Below, piece by piece: positions 9,757-19,962 of a stretch of 64,000 bases of DNA. Within the stretch, counting starts at the first letter, position 1, and each line of letters begins with the position of its first letter. Source of the DNA: a bacterium (lineage in GTDB: Bacteria; Cyanobacteriota; Vampirovibrionia; Gastranaerophilales; Gastranaerophilaceae). Location of the stretch: NCBI GenBank assembly GCA_017941035.1, contig JAGAXG010000038.1:129-64128 (forward strand). Direction: 5' to 3'. The position numbers and the translations under genes were made by a program. The notes beneath the pieces were generated by a model. The model had not been told where the DNA came from. It saw nothing but the letters and a program-made list of their open reading frames with translations, and did not search any database.

Positions 9757-10578
9757 TCATAATAACAATTCACTAAATATGTATATTATTAAAATTAGCA
9801 CCATAATAAGGAAAGAAATTATAGCGATTATTTTATACTTTTTTAAACTTTTATATATACAATCCCCGTAATCAAAATAATAGTCAACTTTATTTTTATA
9901 TCTGTTATACACCTCTGTTTTTATGAAATTCTGATCAATAGCGCTGTAAAAAATAATGTCATAAAATTTTATTTTTTCTAAAGCTTTATTATTACTTGAC
10001 AACGAACCTAAATGAAAAATGTTTGCACCTTTCAATCTATAAATTTTATAATTATTTTTTAGAGTCATATAACGAATGAAATCATCTCCACACCAAATTT
10101 TGATATTTTCAGGTATTGGTGTATATATTGATTTTCTACCAAAAATTATAATTCCCCAGTTTAGACATCTTTCACCGACATCTTGCTCTACTTGCATATC
10201 AGTATTCATCGGGATTTTTATACTTTTTGTATTTATTACTGAATCACTATAAATTCCCATACATCCAAAATCCTTTAAATCTCTTATTTTGGCTATACAC
10301 ATAGAACAGAAATTTTCGCACACTAATAAATCATCATTAAATAGCGCAAAATACTCTTCTTTGGCATTTTGCACTCCTAAATTCCAACTGGGATTTACAA
10401 ATAAATTTTGATTTGGAGTTATTATTTTTACTTTTTTAATTTCTGTTTTGTAATCAATTGAACTGTTGTTAATTATTATAATTTCTGATACAGAATCATC
10501 AAGATCAAGCACATTTAATAATTTTTTTAAAATCACTGTATTTTTTAACAATGTTGGGATTATTACGGATATTTTCAT
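9757..10578 (-). CDS. glycosyltransferase-like protein with a C-terminal TM anchor
   Basis: N-terminus MKISVIIPT...IIIINNSS resembles a GT2 Rossmann start, and the tail is hydrophobic. It is adjacent to a clear GT2 gene. Confidence 0.65.
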   Translation of the reverse strand: MKISVIIPTLLKNTVILKKLLNVLDLDDSVSEIIIINNSSIDYKTEIKKVKIITPNQNLFVNPSWNLGVQNAKEEYFALFNDDLLVCENFCSMCIAKIRDLKDFGCMGIYSDSVINTKSIKIPMNTDMQVEQDVGERCLNWGIIIFGRKSIYTPIPENIKIWCGDDFIRYMTLKNNYKIYRLKGANIFHLGSLSSNNKALEKIKFYDIIFYSAIDQNFIKTEVYNRYKNKVDYYFDYGDCIYKSLKKYKIIAIISFLIMVLILIIYIFSELLL

Positions 10579-10579
10579 T

Positions 10580-11410
10580 TCAACTCCAAATGATTATTAT
10601 TAGCAAAACAAAAATTATAATTGCTGATATCATAATCGTATAATTAAATAAATTTTTATATTTTTTATATTTTTTGTACAACGAATAATTTGTATTAAAA
10701 ACTTTGTCAATAAAATTTTCGTCACTTAGATATAAATTTAAATGTTCTTTAAGTAAATTCTGTTTTATGTGTACAATATCGTTATCAGCTGTATTAGTTC
10801 GTGTCTTGTCCTTGATTTTCCGATAATTCAAAAGATATTCGTTAATTAAATAAAATTTGAATTCATTTTCATAAAAATTTAACCATAATTCCCAATCTTC
10901 ACAGCCATTTTTCATAAATCCTTTGTATCCGCCAATACTAAGGAAATCCGTCCTTCTAAACATTGAGCATGAACTTATGCAACTTGAATATAATAAATAT
11001 TCTTTTGTAACATTTGGTAAAATAATTTTTCGATTTGATTTGCCAAAATAACGATATTGGCAATAAACAACTCCTATATCAGGTCGGCTATTCAAAATTT
11101 CAGCCGCCTTTTCTACGTAAGAAGGTTCTATTGTATCATCCGCATCTAACGGTAATATATAATCTCCACTTGAAGCCTCTATTGCACAATTGCGAGAATA
11201 TACAACCCCCATGTTATTTTCGTTTTCTATAAGTTTAATTTCATATTTTTTTGAGAATTCTTTTAATATTTCACCACTATCATCTGTTGAAGCATCATTT
11301 ACACAAACAATCTCAATATTTTGATATGTTTGATGTAACGCTGATTCAATGGCATCTTTTACATATTTACCCTTATTATAACAAGGAATTATTATACTGA
11401 CTTTTTTCAT
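10580..11410 (-). CDS. family 2 glycosyltransferase
   Basis: VSIIIPCYNKGKYVKDAIESALHQTY...VNDASTDDS plus a DADD-like PLDADD motif. The C-terminus has a TM segment. Confidence 0.85.
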   Translation of the reverse strand: MKKVSIIIPCYNKGKYVKDAIESALHQTYQNIEIVCVNDASTDDSGEILKEFSKKYEIKLIENENNMGVVYSRNCAIEASSGDYILPLDADDTIEPSYVEKAAEILNSRPDIGVVYCQYRYFGKSNRKIILPNVTKEYLLYSSCISSCSMFRRTDFLSIGGYKGFMKNGCEDWELWLNFYENEFKFYLINEYLLNYRKIKDKTRTNTADNDIVHIKQNLLKEHLNLYLSDENFIDKVFNTNYSLYKKYKKYKNLFNYTIMISAIIIFVLLIIIIWS

Positions 11411-11536
11411 AAATTATACTTAATATATATTCCTACGAATATTATTTTCCATGTAAAACATGTATTGTCAATATAAATTATACAGTTATGCATTGTCTCT
11501 AAAATTTTAGCATTAGAATAATATTATGGAGAAAAA

Positions 11537-11848
11537 ATGGATATTAAAAAGTTATTAGGGAAACGTATTCAAGAATTGCGTAAATCAAAAAATTTTACGC
11601 AAGAATATATGTCTGAACTTATTGGCATTGAAACTAACAGCCTTAGCAATATAGAAAGAGGCATCTACTACCCAACGGCAGAAAATTTAAATAAAATACT
11701 TAAAATACTTAATGTTGAACCAAATGAACTTTTTACAATTGAACATCTTGCCCCGCATAAAGAGTTAATTGAAGAAATGTCGTCTCATTTGAAAAATAAT
11801 GAAAAATTAGCAAGATTAGTTTATAAATTTTTCAAACTTGTTAAATAG
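11537..11848 (+). CDS. XRE-family helix-turn-helix transcriptional regulator
   Basis: LGKRIQELRKSKNFTQEYMSELIGIETNSLSNIERG is a typical HTH_3 motif. Confidence 0.8.
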   Translation: MDIKKLLGKRIQELRKSKNFTQEYMSELIGIETNSLSNIERGIYYPTAENLNKILKILNVEPNELFTIEHLAPHKELIEEMSSHLKNNEKLARLVYKFFKLVK

Positions 11849-11863
11849 TGATATAATTTTTTC

Positions 11864-12688
11864 ATGAAAAAATTCAAAATTATATTAGGATATTTAATTC
11901 TTATAATAATAGCAATTACAATGCTTTATCCATTTTTTGCAATGATTAATCTGTCATTTATTCCAAATGGAGAAATTTTTAATCAAAACGGTAAATTGTT
12001 TTTTTCTCCACTGACATTTGAAAATTATGCAGATGTTTTTCAAAAAATTCCTGTTTGGAAATATTTTACAAACAGTCTTTTTGTAGCTTCTGTTATGACT
12101 GTAGGACAAGTGTTTTTTTCATCATTGGCAGGATATGCTTTCGCAAGACTGAATTTTAAATTCAGAGACGGCTTGTTTCTTATTATATTAATTACAATGC
12201 TTGCGCCACCGCAAGTAAATATTATACCGTTATTTTTTTTAATGCGTCAACTGCATTGGATAAATACATATCAAGCACTAATTATTCCTGGACTTTTTGG
12301 CGGTTTTGGAATTTTTATGATGAGACAATATTTTTTAGGATTACCAAAAGATCTTGAAGAAAGCGCTAAAATTGATGGATGCAATATTTTTCAAGTATTT
12401 TTTAAAATTATTTTTCCTCTCGCAATACCTTCAATTATAACTCTTGCGATTTTTACTTTTGTCTCAAGCTGGAACAGTTTTTTATGGCCTTTAATCGTTA
12501 CTAATTCAGAAAGTATGAGAACTTTGCCTGTCGGACTTGCTATATTTAAAGGAAGTTTTAGAGAAATTACTCAATGGGGGGATTTACTTGCTTGTTCTGT
12601 AATATGTACCATCCCTGTTGTCGGGATTTTTCTTCTGGGTAAAAAATATTTTATCAATGATATTTTACAGGGCGGAGTTAAAGAATAA
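11864..12688 (+). CDS. carbohydrate-type ABC transporter permease (MalG-like), orphan
   Basis: Six TM segments and the EAA-loop-like ESAKIDGCNIFQVFFKIIFPL. No partner permease, ATPase or binding-protein gene is adjacent. Confidence 0.85.
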   Translation: MKKFKIILGYLILIIIAITMLYPFFAMINLSFIPNGEIFNQNGKLFFSPLTFENYADVFQKIPVWKYFTNSLFVASVMTVGQVFFSSLAGYAFARLNFKFRDGLFLIILITMLAPPQVNIIPLFFLMRQLHWINTYQALIIPGLFGGFGIFMMRQYFLGLPKDLEESAKIDGCNIFQVFFKIIFPLAIPSIITLAIFTFVSSWNSFLWPLIVTNSESMRTLPVGLAIFKGSFREITQWGDLLACSVICTIPVVGIFLLGKKYFINDILQGGVKE

Positions 12689-12693
12689 TACCC

Positions 12694-13983
12694 TTAAAGC
12701 ATAACTTGAGTAGCTAAAATTATTTTTGAACTATTACGGGTATTTTGATTATGGCAGAATACATAATTTAATACAACTTTTAGTGCTTGACCTTTGATAA
12801 ACCAATTTAGACCAATTGTATATTCCCGTTTTAAATCATGCGAAATATCTCTGTTTGGATCAAATTGGTCAACTCTTCCTATTAATTGAAATTTAGGAGT
12901 AAACTTCCATCCCGCAGTAAAAGCATAACCTGTTGCTTTATTAGACTTCATCCCTGCACCGCCGTTATACCCGTCAGCTATAGCTGCTTCAAAATTGGTC
13001 CATAGTTTTTTATACTTATAACCTACATAAACACTTCCAACCGTATAATTTCTTCTGTTATGTCCGGTACTTATACCTCCTCCAATTGTCAATTTACCAT
13101 ATTTACCATCTTTACTGCCAAAAGGTTTAAGGTTCAACCAACCTGTAAATTCAGTCCCAGGCATTCCGCTTAACAAAGAACGTCCGGACGAACCATAAGC
13201 GACACTATAATCCGCATAATTATAATTCCCGACGATTTTTAAACCCAAAGAACGAGTATTGCCAAAATTTCTTCCTATTTGAGATCTTGTGACAAACGGT
13301 AAAATGTAAGGACTTACCCCTCCTTCAATTCCTGTTTGCACTCTTGAAAATCCGGCAATAATTTTATGGTTAGGGATTTGAGAATTTACGACATAAATAT
13401 CTCCGAAAAATCGGTCTAAGTAGCTTGTACCTTTTACAGGAACAGGTTTTAAATGAAATTTAAAATTATAATTCGGGTTTTTAAATTTTCCTAATACACC
13501 TATATCAGTATTTAAATTATCATATTCGGTTGAATAATTATGATGTTTAAACAAACTGCTTATAGAACCTTGATAACTTGCATAATATTGAGTTTCTGAG
13601 ACAGGACTTTTTTTATATTTAAAAGTTAAATAGTCTTTTAAAAGATAGCTTGGGATATCAGTTCTTGAAATTTCTGTCTTTAAGATTTTTGAAAAAGGAT
13701 GTTCCTCGCTTACCGATTCATCTTTCCCCATAAGATCGAATACTTTAAATTCTTCTTCAACATTATCATCTAAATCTTCATCACTAGAGGTGTCAGAAAT
13801 ATTTAAAATTTCGCCATCTTGATTTACCCCGTCAATTAAAGTATCGTCATCACCAGACAAAGTAACTTCGTTTTCCTGCGGGGTATTTAAAAGTTCTTCG
13901 GTTATATATTCATTTGCGCAATATGCATTAGAACAAGTAAATAATAGCATTAGCACAAACGCAAATAGAAATATCTTTTTCAT
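12694..13983 (-). CDS. putative outer-membrane beta-barrel porin
   Basis: Signal peptide MKKIFLFAFVLMLLFTCSNAYC, an acidic linker, then alternating aromatic/glycine beta-strand-like segments (GYAFTAGWKFTPKFQLIGRVDQFDPN). It resembles phosphate-selective porin O/P-type barrels. Confidence 0.5.
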   Translation of the reverse strand: MKKIFLFAFVLMLLFTCSNAYCANEYITEELLNTPQENEVTLSGDDDTLIDGVNQDGEILNISDTSSDEDLDDNVEEEFKVFDLMGKDESVSEEHPFSKILKTEISRTDIPSYLLKDYLTFKYKKSPVSETQYYASYQGSISSLFKHHNYSTEYDNLNTDIGVLGKFKNPNYNFKFHLKPVPVKGTSYLDRFFGDIYVVNSQIPNHKIIAGFSRVQTGIEGGVSPYILPFVTRSQIGRNFGNTRSLGLKIVGNYNYADYSVAYGSSGRSLLSGMPGTEFTGWLNLKPFGSKDGKYGKLTIGGGISTGHNRRNYTVGSVYVGYKYKKLWTNFEAAIADGYNGGAGMKSNKATGYAFTAGWKFTPKFQLIGRVDQFDPNRDISHDLKREYTIGLNWFIKGQALKVVLNYVFCHNQNTRNSSKIILATQVML

Positions 13984-14045
13984 CTTTCTTCATTATAACA
14001 TACATTTTTGTAGATTTAATAGTTTTTTTGTTGTATATTTTCGTT

Positions 14046-15470
14046 ATGGCAAAAAAAATTAGAATTCGCGAAAATACAGAAATACATGCCCCGATTGTTA
14101 AAGCCTTAAAAACAGCTTATGACAATCCGACCTACCAGTTTCATATTCCCGGCCATACCAAGGGTCTAGGAACATTAAAGTCTTTTCGTGACTTGGTTGG
14201 AAGAAAAGCTTTAAAAGTTGATACAACAGACGAATTTGATAATTTGGGGACTTTAAATCCTGCGACAGGACCTATTAAAGAAGCTCAAGAACTTGCCTCA
14301 AAAGCATTTGGAGCAAAGAAAACATTTTTTTTACTTAACGGTTCTACTATAGGAAATCTTGCAATTGCAATGGGCTTAACAAAACAAGGTCAAAAAGTTA
14401 TTGTTAACAGAAATTGTCATCGTTCTATTTTAACAGGATTGATTATCTCAGGTGCAGATCCGTTATGGGTAATCCCTGAAAAATTCAGTAATTGGGGGTT
14501 ATGGGGAAATATCAAAGCTGAAGATATTGAAAAACTCTTAAAAGAAAATAAAGATGTTTCTGCTGTTTGGATTACAAACCCAACTTATGAAGGTGTTGTT
14601 TCTGATGTTAAGTCAATCGCTAATGTATGCAGAAAATACAATGTGCCATTAATAGTTGATGAAGCTCATGGATGTTTATGGAATTTCAGTGATAAACTTC
14701 CTGAAACATCATTAAAACTCGGAGCAGACATTGTTGTTCACTCACTGCATAAAACTGGCGGTTCTATGAGCCAATCTTCAATGCTCCATATTAGTAAAGA
14801 GTCAAAAATAAATGTTGAAGATGTTGAACGTTCTTTAATGCTTTTACACACAACAAGTCCTTCGTTAATGCTTTTGGGGAGTTTAGATGCTTCAAGAGCT
14901 CATTTGCAAAGCAAAAAAGGTGAAAAACAACTTGCACGAGCAATTTCGAATGCAAAATATCTGCGTTCTGAAATTGACAAAATGGAAACAATTCATCAAT
15001 TAAAACCTGATTTTGGATATAAAACAGATGTTACAAAGATTTTTATAAAAGCAGATGGTCTTTCTGGTAAAAGACTTGAATCAATACTGGAAATTGATTT
15101 TGGAATAGAAGTTGAAAGTGCATCAGATGAAGGCATTTTGATTCTTAGTAATCTTGGGAACAAGCGTTCAGATTTTGAATATTTGGCGCAATGTTTGCAC
15201 AAAATTGACAAGCATGATTATAAAGATATTTATTATCTTGAAAACAAAAAACACATGCCGATGTTGACACCAATTATCAAAAAGAATTTGAGAGATGCTT
15301 ATTTTTCTCCTAAGGAAATAATTCCAAAAAGCAAAGCGGTCGGACGCCTTTCCGGAGAAGTTGTAGCAGAATGTCCTCCGGGAATATCCATTCTACTTCC
15401 AGGAGAGCTCATTACAGAAGCGCACATGCCATATTTGACAGATTATGATGTTATAGAAGTTATCAAATAA
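14046..15470 (+). CDS. Orn/Lys/Arg decarboxylase family PLP enzyme
   Basis: HIPGHTKG and the PLP-lysine motif HSLHKTGGSMSQSSMLH. The ATG at 14046 is preferred over the upstream TTG used by the ORF track. Confidence 0.85.
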   Translation: MAKKIRIRENTEIHAPIVKALKTAYDNPTYQFHIPGHTKGLGTLKSFRDLVGRKALKVDTTDEFDNLGTLNPATGPIKEAQELASKAFGAKKTFFLLNGSTIGNLAIAMGLTKQGQKVIVNRNCHRSILTGLIISGADPLWVIPEKFSNWGLWGNIKAEDIEKLLKENKDVSAVWITNPTYEGVVSDVKSIANVCRKYNVPLIVDEAHGCLWNFSDKLPETSLKLGADIVVHSLHKTGGSMSQSSMLHISKESKINVEDVERSLMLLHTTSPSLMLLGSLDASRAHLQSKKGEKQLARAISNAKYLRSEIDKMETIHQLKPDFGYKTDVTKIFIKADGLSGKRLESILEIDFGIEVESASDEGILILSNLGNKRSDFEYLAQCLHKIDKHDYKDIYYLENKKHMPMLTPIIKKNLRDAYFSPKEIIPKSKAVGRLSGEVVAECPPGISILLPGELITEAHMPYLTDYDVIEVIK

Positions 15471-15475
15471 TTTTT

Positions 15476-16132
15476 TTAGTCCTGATCCTGAATGCATAAT
15501 ACACTTACCCATGAACGATTTCTACCTCTATTTAATGCATCACCAGTTGGAGCGCATCCATAGTCGGTGAGATTAGTCTCAAATGCTCTATTACAACCTT
15601 CGCCTGAAGTCCAAAATAAAAGAACGGTTGATTGCCCTAGGCCTAGAAAACTTCTAACACTCTTTATTGTCTCTAAATCTAAATTTTTAGATATTCTACT
15701 GGTGGGTTCCGGGAAATTTTCTTTGTATATCATTTCTTGAGTTAATTCCCAAATAGCCTCTTTAGTCCCAATTTTAGTCCTATCACCGCATGCCCTTGCC
15801 GCAGCTGCGTAATAATCATTATCACCTGTACAATGTTACAATTTTAATTTATTTCTACTAGATAAGCACTCTGAATTTGACATAAGTTTATACTCATTAG
15901 GAGGGGATATTAAGCATTTATTTTTACTTGTTTTAAACAAGCATCCATCACCTTTTCCATTAGCTATAACCCCGTTTGCTCCAAATTTTATTATGTCTTT
16001 ATTAACCTTATTAGGGCCTCTAAATCCGTTTAAGTTTACTATACCCTTCATACAATCATAAGTATTACCATCTGTATTATTTGATACCACATCAGGATCA
16101 CCTAAAGGACAATTCTTGTTCCAAGAGAAAAT
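15476..16132 (-). pseudogene. 5'-truncated, stop-interrupted copy of the pilin-lectin family (lacks the pilin N-terminus)
   Basis: The open frame begins at IFSWNKNCPLGDPD, matching MIFSWNKNCPVSDPD in the middle of 5178-6404. A TAA lies immediately upstream at 16133-16135. A single in-frame TAA at 15836-15838 splits the frame, which otherwise stays continuous (ORFs 15836-16090 and 15476-15733 share a frame). The C-terminus ends ...VSVLCIQDQD like the family. Confidence 0.7.
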
Positions 16133-16549
16133 TTAAGTTTTCGCAATATTTGACCTTATAATAATTAGTTAAAAAAACTTCATAAACCAGCATGGCGTGA
16201 ATTCGTTTAATAGAAACTTGTTTAGAATTTAGCAAGTCTTTTTTAATTTTTATTAACAAAATAATTGTAAAATTTTAGTTGTATTTTCAAAATTGCTCTA
16301 ATTATTTTAAAACAGGATAATTCAGCTATTTTTTAAAAAAAAATTGTAAAAAATTCAATTTAAAATTAGTCAAAACATGAAATTTATTCTATTATGAATA
16401 TACAAATCGGGAACGAGATTAGATTAAAGAAAATAATAAGAAGAAAACCTTTTTAAATTTTTCATTTATCCATCCAAAGAACGATTATATTTATAGCAAA
16501 GATAGTTTATTATTAAAAAGAGAAAGTGTATTTTGGAGGTAGTTTTCAA

Positions 16550-17083
16550 GTGTTAGAACATGGTTATATTCAAATCTATACAGGAGACGGCAAAGGGAAA
16601 ACAACAGCAGCATTGGGGTTAGCTTTGAGAGCTTTAGGTCATGGGTGGAATGTACTTGTCATTCAATTTACTAAAGGCGATGAAGCAACTACCTACGGTG
16701 AGGTTATTTCATCTTCTAAATTCCTTCCAAATCTTGATGTAATTCAATTTGGAATGGATAGAGTTTGCTACTCTCACAATATTTGTCTTGACGACTACAA
16801 AGAAGCTAAAAAAGGTTGGGAATATGCAAAAAATGCCATAAACTCAGGTAAGTACCAACTTGTAATTCTTGATGAAATCAATATTTGCACTTCAATGAAT
16901 ATGATTAAAGTAAGTGAAATTAAAGATGTTCTTTTACACAAACCTGAAAATTTGGAAGTGGTTTTAACAGGACGTTACGCACACCCTGAGCTTGTTGCGA
17001 TGGCTCATTTGGTTACTGAAATGAAGCCTATTAAGCATTACTTTGATATGGGTGTTATGGCTCGTCAGGGTATTGAATACTAA
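16550..17083 (+). CDS. cobO: cob(I)yrinic acid a,c-diamide adenosyltransferase (CobO/BtuR type)
   Basis: IQIYTGDGKGKTTAALGLALRALGHG...VIQF.KG motif. The GTG at 16550 lies 9 nt after GGAGGT and is preferred to the GTG at 16526. Confidence 0.85.
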   Translation: MLEHGYIQIYTGDGKGKTTAALGLALRALGHGWNVLVIQFTKGDEATTYGEVISSSKFLPNLDVIQFGMDRVCYSHNICLDDYKEAKKGWEYAKNAINSGKYQLVILDEINICTSMNMIKVSEIKDVLLHKPENLEVVLTGRYAHPELVAMAHLVTEMKPIKHYFDMGVMARQGIEY

Positions 17084-17107
17084 TAACAAAGATACCTGCG
17101 GAAATTT

Positions 17108-18031
17108 TTAAATATTTGAATACAATTCACTGCTGAGATACCTTTCTCCGCAATCAGGTATAATTGCAACAATTAATTTACCTTTATTTTCCGGCCTTTT
17201 GGATAATTCTATTGCACTCCAAACATTTGCCCCTCCGGAAAAACCAGCTAAAATGCCTTCTTCCTTTGATAACTTTTTTGCAATATCTATTGCGTCTTCA
17301 TTCTTAACAGGAATAATTTCATCAATAAATTCTTCAGCATAATTCTCTGGTTTAAAATTTGCTCCGATACCTTGAATTTTATGCGGACCGGCATGCCCGC
17401 CGGCTAAAACCTGAGAACTAAAAGGTTCAACAGCAACAGCTTTCACAGAAGGTTTCTTAGATTTTATTTTTTTTGAAATTCCTGAAATAGTACCGCCTGT
17501 ACCCACTCCGGCAACAATAATATCCACTGCACCGTCAGTATCCTCAAATATTTCTTCTGCGGTGTATAAATAATGAGATTTTGGATTTGAAGGATTACTA
17601 AATTGGAAAGGGACATAAGAATTTTTATACTGTTGAGAAAGTTCTTTAGCTTTTTCAACAGCTCCTTTCATTCCCAATGCTCCGGATGTTAAAACCAGTT
17701 CTGCGCCATATGCTTTCATCAATGATCGTCTTTCTAATGACATTGTTTCAGGCATGGTTATAATTAATCGATAACCTTTTATTGCACAAACCATAGCAAG
17801 TCCTATTCCCATATTTCCGCTTGTTGGTTCAATAATAACAGTTTCTTTGTTTATTTTGCCTTCTTTTTCTGCATCTATAATCATTTGCAAAGCAGGTCGG
17901 TCTTTTATTGAATTAGCCGGATTATAATATTCAATTTTAAGTGCTATATCAGCGCCTCCGCTATTTAATTTATTTAATCTTACTAATGGAGTATTTCCTA
18001 CAAGTTCTGTTAAATCATTTGCTATTTTCAT
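17108..18031 (-). CDS. cysK: cysteine synthase A (O-acetylserine sulfhydrylase)
   Basis: PLP-lysine motif NPANSIKDRPAL plus the GTGGTISG loop. 307 aa. Confidence 0.93.
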   Translation of the reverse strand: MKIANDLTELVGNTPLVRLNKLNSGGADIALKIEYYNPANSIKDRPALQMIIDAEKEGKINKETVIIEPTSGNMGIGLAMVCAIKGYRLIITMPETMSLERRSLMKAYGAELVLTSGALGMKGAVEKAKELSQQYKNSYVPFQFSNPSNPKSHYLYTAEEIFEDTDGAVDIIVAGVGTGGTISGISKKIKSKKPSVKAVAVEPFSSQVLAGGHAGPHKIQGIGANFKPENYAEEFIDEIIPVKNEDAIDIAKKLSKEEGILAGFSGGANVWSAIELSKRPENKGKLIVAIIPDCGERYLSSELYSNI

Positions 18032-18100
18032 ATGAAATAAACCTCTCTTTACTAACCTCTCATAATATGATAATATAAAAATTAATAAAGGGGATTAGTT

Positions 18101-18757
18101 ATGAGAGTTAAAAAATTTATAGCATTTACTCTGGCTGAAGTACTTATTACTATTGGGATATTAGGCGTTGTATCAGCAATGACAATACCTACATTGCGTT
18201 CCAGTCATATAAAAAAAGAACGTGGAGTTAAGCTTCAAAAGTTTTATTCTAAAATGGATAATGCCGTAGAACAGATGAATATTGAATACGGATCTTATAA
18301 AGACATGACTAAACCTGAGACATCAGATGATGCTTTCGATTGGTATATGCAAAGCATTGACCCGTTTATGGGACATGCTGAAATTGATAAAGATAATAAA
18401 ATAATATATTACATAGACGGTTCATCTTTAGGTTTATTCTTTGTTGGAGGATGTCTCGATGTAGAATATGATGTAAACGGAAACAAAAAACCTAACTTGA
18501 CTGGTTATGATAAATTTAGATTTTTATACTGTTTTACAGATACTGACAGACAAAATTGGTTTGGAAATAAAAATATATTCTTCGGAACTTACGGAGCAGG
18601 AATTAACACCTCTGCAATCACTAGAGATGATATGATAAAGAAATGCTCAAATAAAAGGGAAGGCAGAAATCCTGAAGAAGATGAACGAGCATATTGCACA
18701 AGACTATTGCAAAATGATCAGTGGGAATTTAAACAAGATTATCCTTGGAAATTTTAA
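18101..18757 (+). CDS. prepilin-type N-terminal domain protein (pilin/pseudopilin-like)
   Basis: MRVKKFIAFTLAEVLITIGILGVVSAMTIPTL, with the family motif DVNGNKKPNLTGYDKFRF. A GGGGA SD lies upstream. Confidence 0.8.
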   Translation: MRVKKFIAFTLAEVLITIGILGVVSAMTIPTLRSSHIKKERGVKLQKFYSKMDNAVEQMNIEYGSYKDMTKPETSDDAFDWYMQSIDPFMGHAEIDKDNKIIYYIDGSSLGLFFVGGCLDVEYDVNGNKKPNLTGYDKFRFLYCFTDTDRQNWFGNKNIFFGTYGAGINTSAITRDDMIKKCSNKREGRNPEEDERAYCTRLLQNDQWEFKQDYPWKF

Positions 18758-18762
18758 AAAAT

Positions 18763-19338
18763 ATGAAACTATGTGTATTTCAAGGAACGTTTAACCCTAT
18801 TCACAACGCCCATTTGAGAGTTGTTGATTTTGTTCTGGGGAAATATGATTTTGATAAAATACTGATTATTCCGGCTTACCAACCTCCACACAAAAATTTT
18901 AACCCTGAGATGTCTTTTCATAGGCTTGAAATGGTTAAATTAGCCTTTGAGGGAATAAATAAAGTTGAAGTCTCTGACATTGAATACAAAAGAGAAGATA
19001 AATCCTATACATATTTAACAATTTGTGAATTGTACAAAAAATATAATATTGATGGTAAAATAAATTTTATTATAGGAACAGATGCTTTTGATTTTATAGA
19101 AAGCTGGTACAAAGCAGATAAATTAAAAGAACTGGTTAAATTTATTATTTTTAAACGCGAAAATAATTTTCAAGATTTAAAATATGACAAATTAAAACAA
19201 CAAGGTTATAATTTTAAAATTGAAAATCTTACATTTGAAGATATTTCATCAAGTGAAATTCGAAAAAACAAAAATACAGATTACTTACCTGAAAAAATAA
19301 AGGAATATATATTAAAAAATGGATTATATGAAAATTAA
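18763..19338 (+). CDS. nadD: nicotinate-nucleotide adenylyltransferase
   Basis: GTFNPIHNAHL (HxGH-type) motif. The ATG at 18763 (MKLCVFQGTFNP) is preferred to the TTG at 18745. Confidence 0.9.
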   Translation: MKLCVFQGTFNPIHNAHLRVVDFVLGKYDFDKILIIPAYQPPHKNFNPEMSFHRLEMVKLAFEGINKVEVSDIEYKREDKSYTYLTICELYKKYNIDGKINFIIGTDAFDFIESWYKADKLKELVKFIIFKRENNFQDLKYDKLKQQGYNFKIENLTFEDISSSEIRKNKNTDYLPEKIKEYILKNGLYEN

Positions 19339-19897
19339 TAAAAATGAAGCTTTAAATTGGCTTAAAGATAATTTGGATGAAAAAAGATATCAACATTCCA
19401 TCGGAACAGCAGAATGCGCAGAAGAACTCGGAGCGAAATACAAACTTAATAAAGAAAAATGTTATATCGCAGGGCTTTTGCATGATTGCGCAAAATGTTT
19501 TGATAAGGATAAAATGCTTAAAATACTTAAAGAAAATACAGATGCTGATGAAACAGAATTTTTAAATCCCAAAACATGGCATGCTCCTGTAAGTGCGCAT
19601 ATTTGCCAAACAATTTTTGGTGTTACAGACAAAGAAATAATTTCTGCTATCAGATGGCATACATTAGGTAAATTGCAAATGTCTGATTTTGAAAAAGTAA
19701 TTTTTCTCGCAGACAAAATAGAAACAAAAACAAGAAAAAAAGAATATTCTCAAATAATAAGAAATGCTTTATCCAAAGGGATAGATAATGCACTTTTTGT
19801 ATGTTATAAAGAAACAATAAAAAGTCTTGTACAAAGGGAATTGACAATATGTCCCTTAACAATAAAAATTTATAATAAAATGATAAATGTTAACTAA
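19319..19897 (+). CDS. yqeK: HD-domain protein YqeK (bis(5'-nucleosyl)-tetraphosphatase type)
   Basis: RYQHSIGTAE...GLLHDCAK HD motif. It overlaps the nadD stop, which is the conserved nadD-yqeK order. Confidence 0.8.
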   Translation: MDYMKINKNEALNWLKDNLDEKRYQHSIGTAECAEELGAKYKLNKEKCYIAGLLHDCAKCFDKDKMLKILKENTDADETEFLNPKTWHAPVSAHICQTIFGVTDKEIISAIRWHTLGKLQMSDFEKVIFLADKIETKTRKKEYSQIIRNALSKGIDNALFVCYKETIKSLVQRELTICPLTIKIYNKMINVN

Positions 19898-19962
19898 CTT
19901 AATATTTAGATAAGTATAATGCATTTCATGGTACAATTTTTCTATGTTTATTGAGGGCTTGT

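Noticed and set aside
11499-11510. A perfect 12-bp palindrome CTAAAATTTTAG upstream of the XRE gene at 11537 could be an operator.
   Set aside because: It is almost entirely A/T in an AT-rich spacer, and unlike the 58816-58831 site it has no repeated half-sites. Chance occurrence is plausible.
15836-15838. The in-frame TAA in the truncated pilin-lectin copy could reflect stop-codon reassignment or an alternative genetic code.
   Set aside because: TAA is the stop I read at many of the clearly conserved genes here (for example the 252-1157 ORF, pilC, fliQ and folC). Gene lengths also match expectations under the standard code. A simple disabling mutation fits better.
16133-16549. A cobalamin riboswitch or other leader might lie in the ~390-bp AT-rich region upstream of cobO.
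   Set aside because: I could not find the conserved B12-box-like GCCACTG core or any GC-rich helices. The region is almost pure A/T and looks like a plain divergent spacer left by the truncation of the neighbouring pseudogene.
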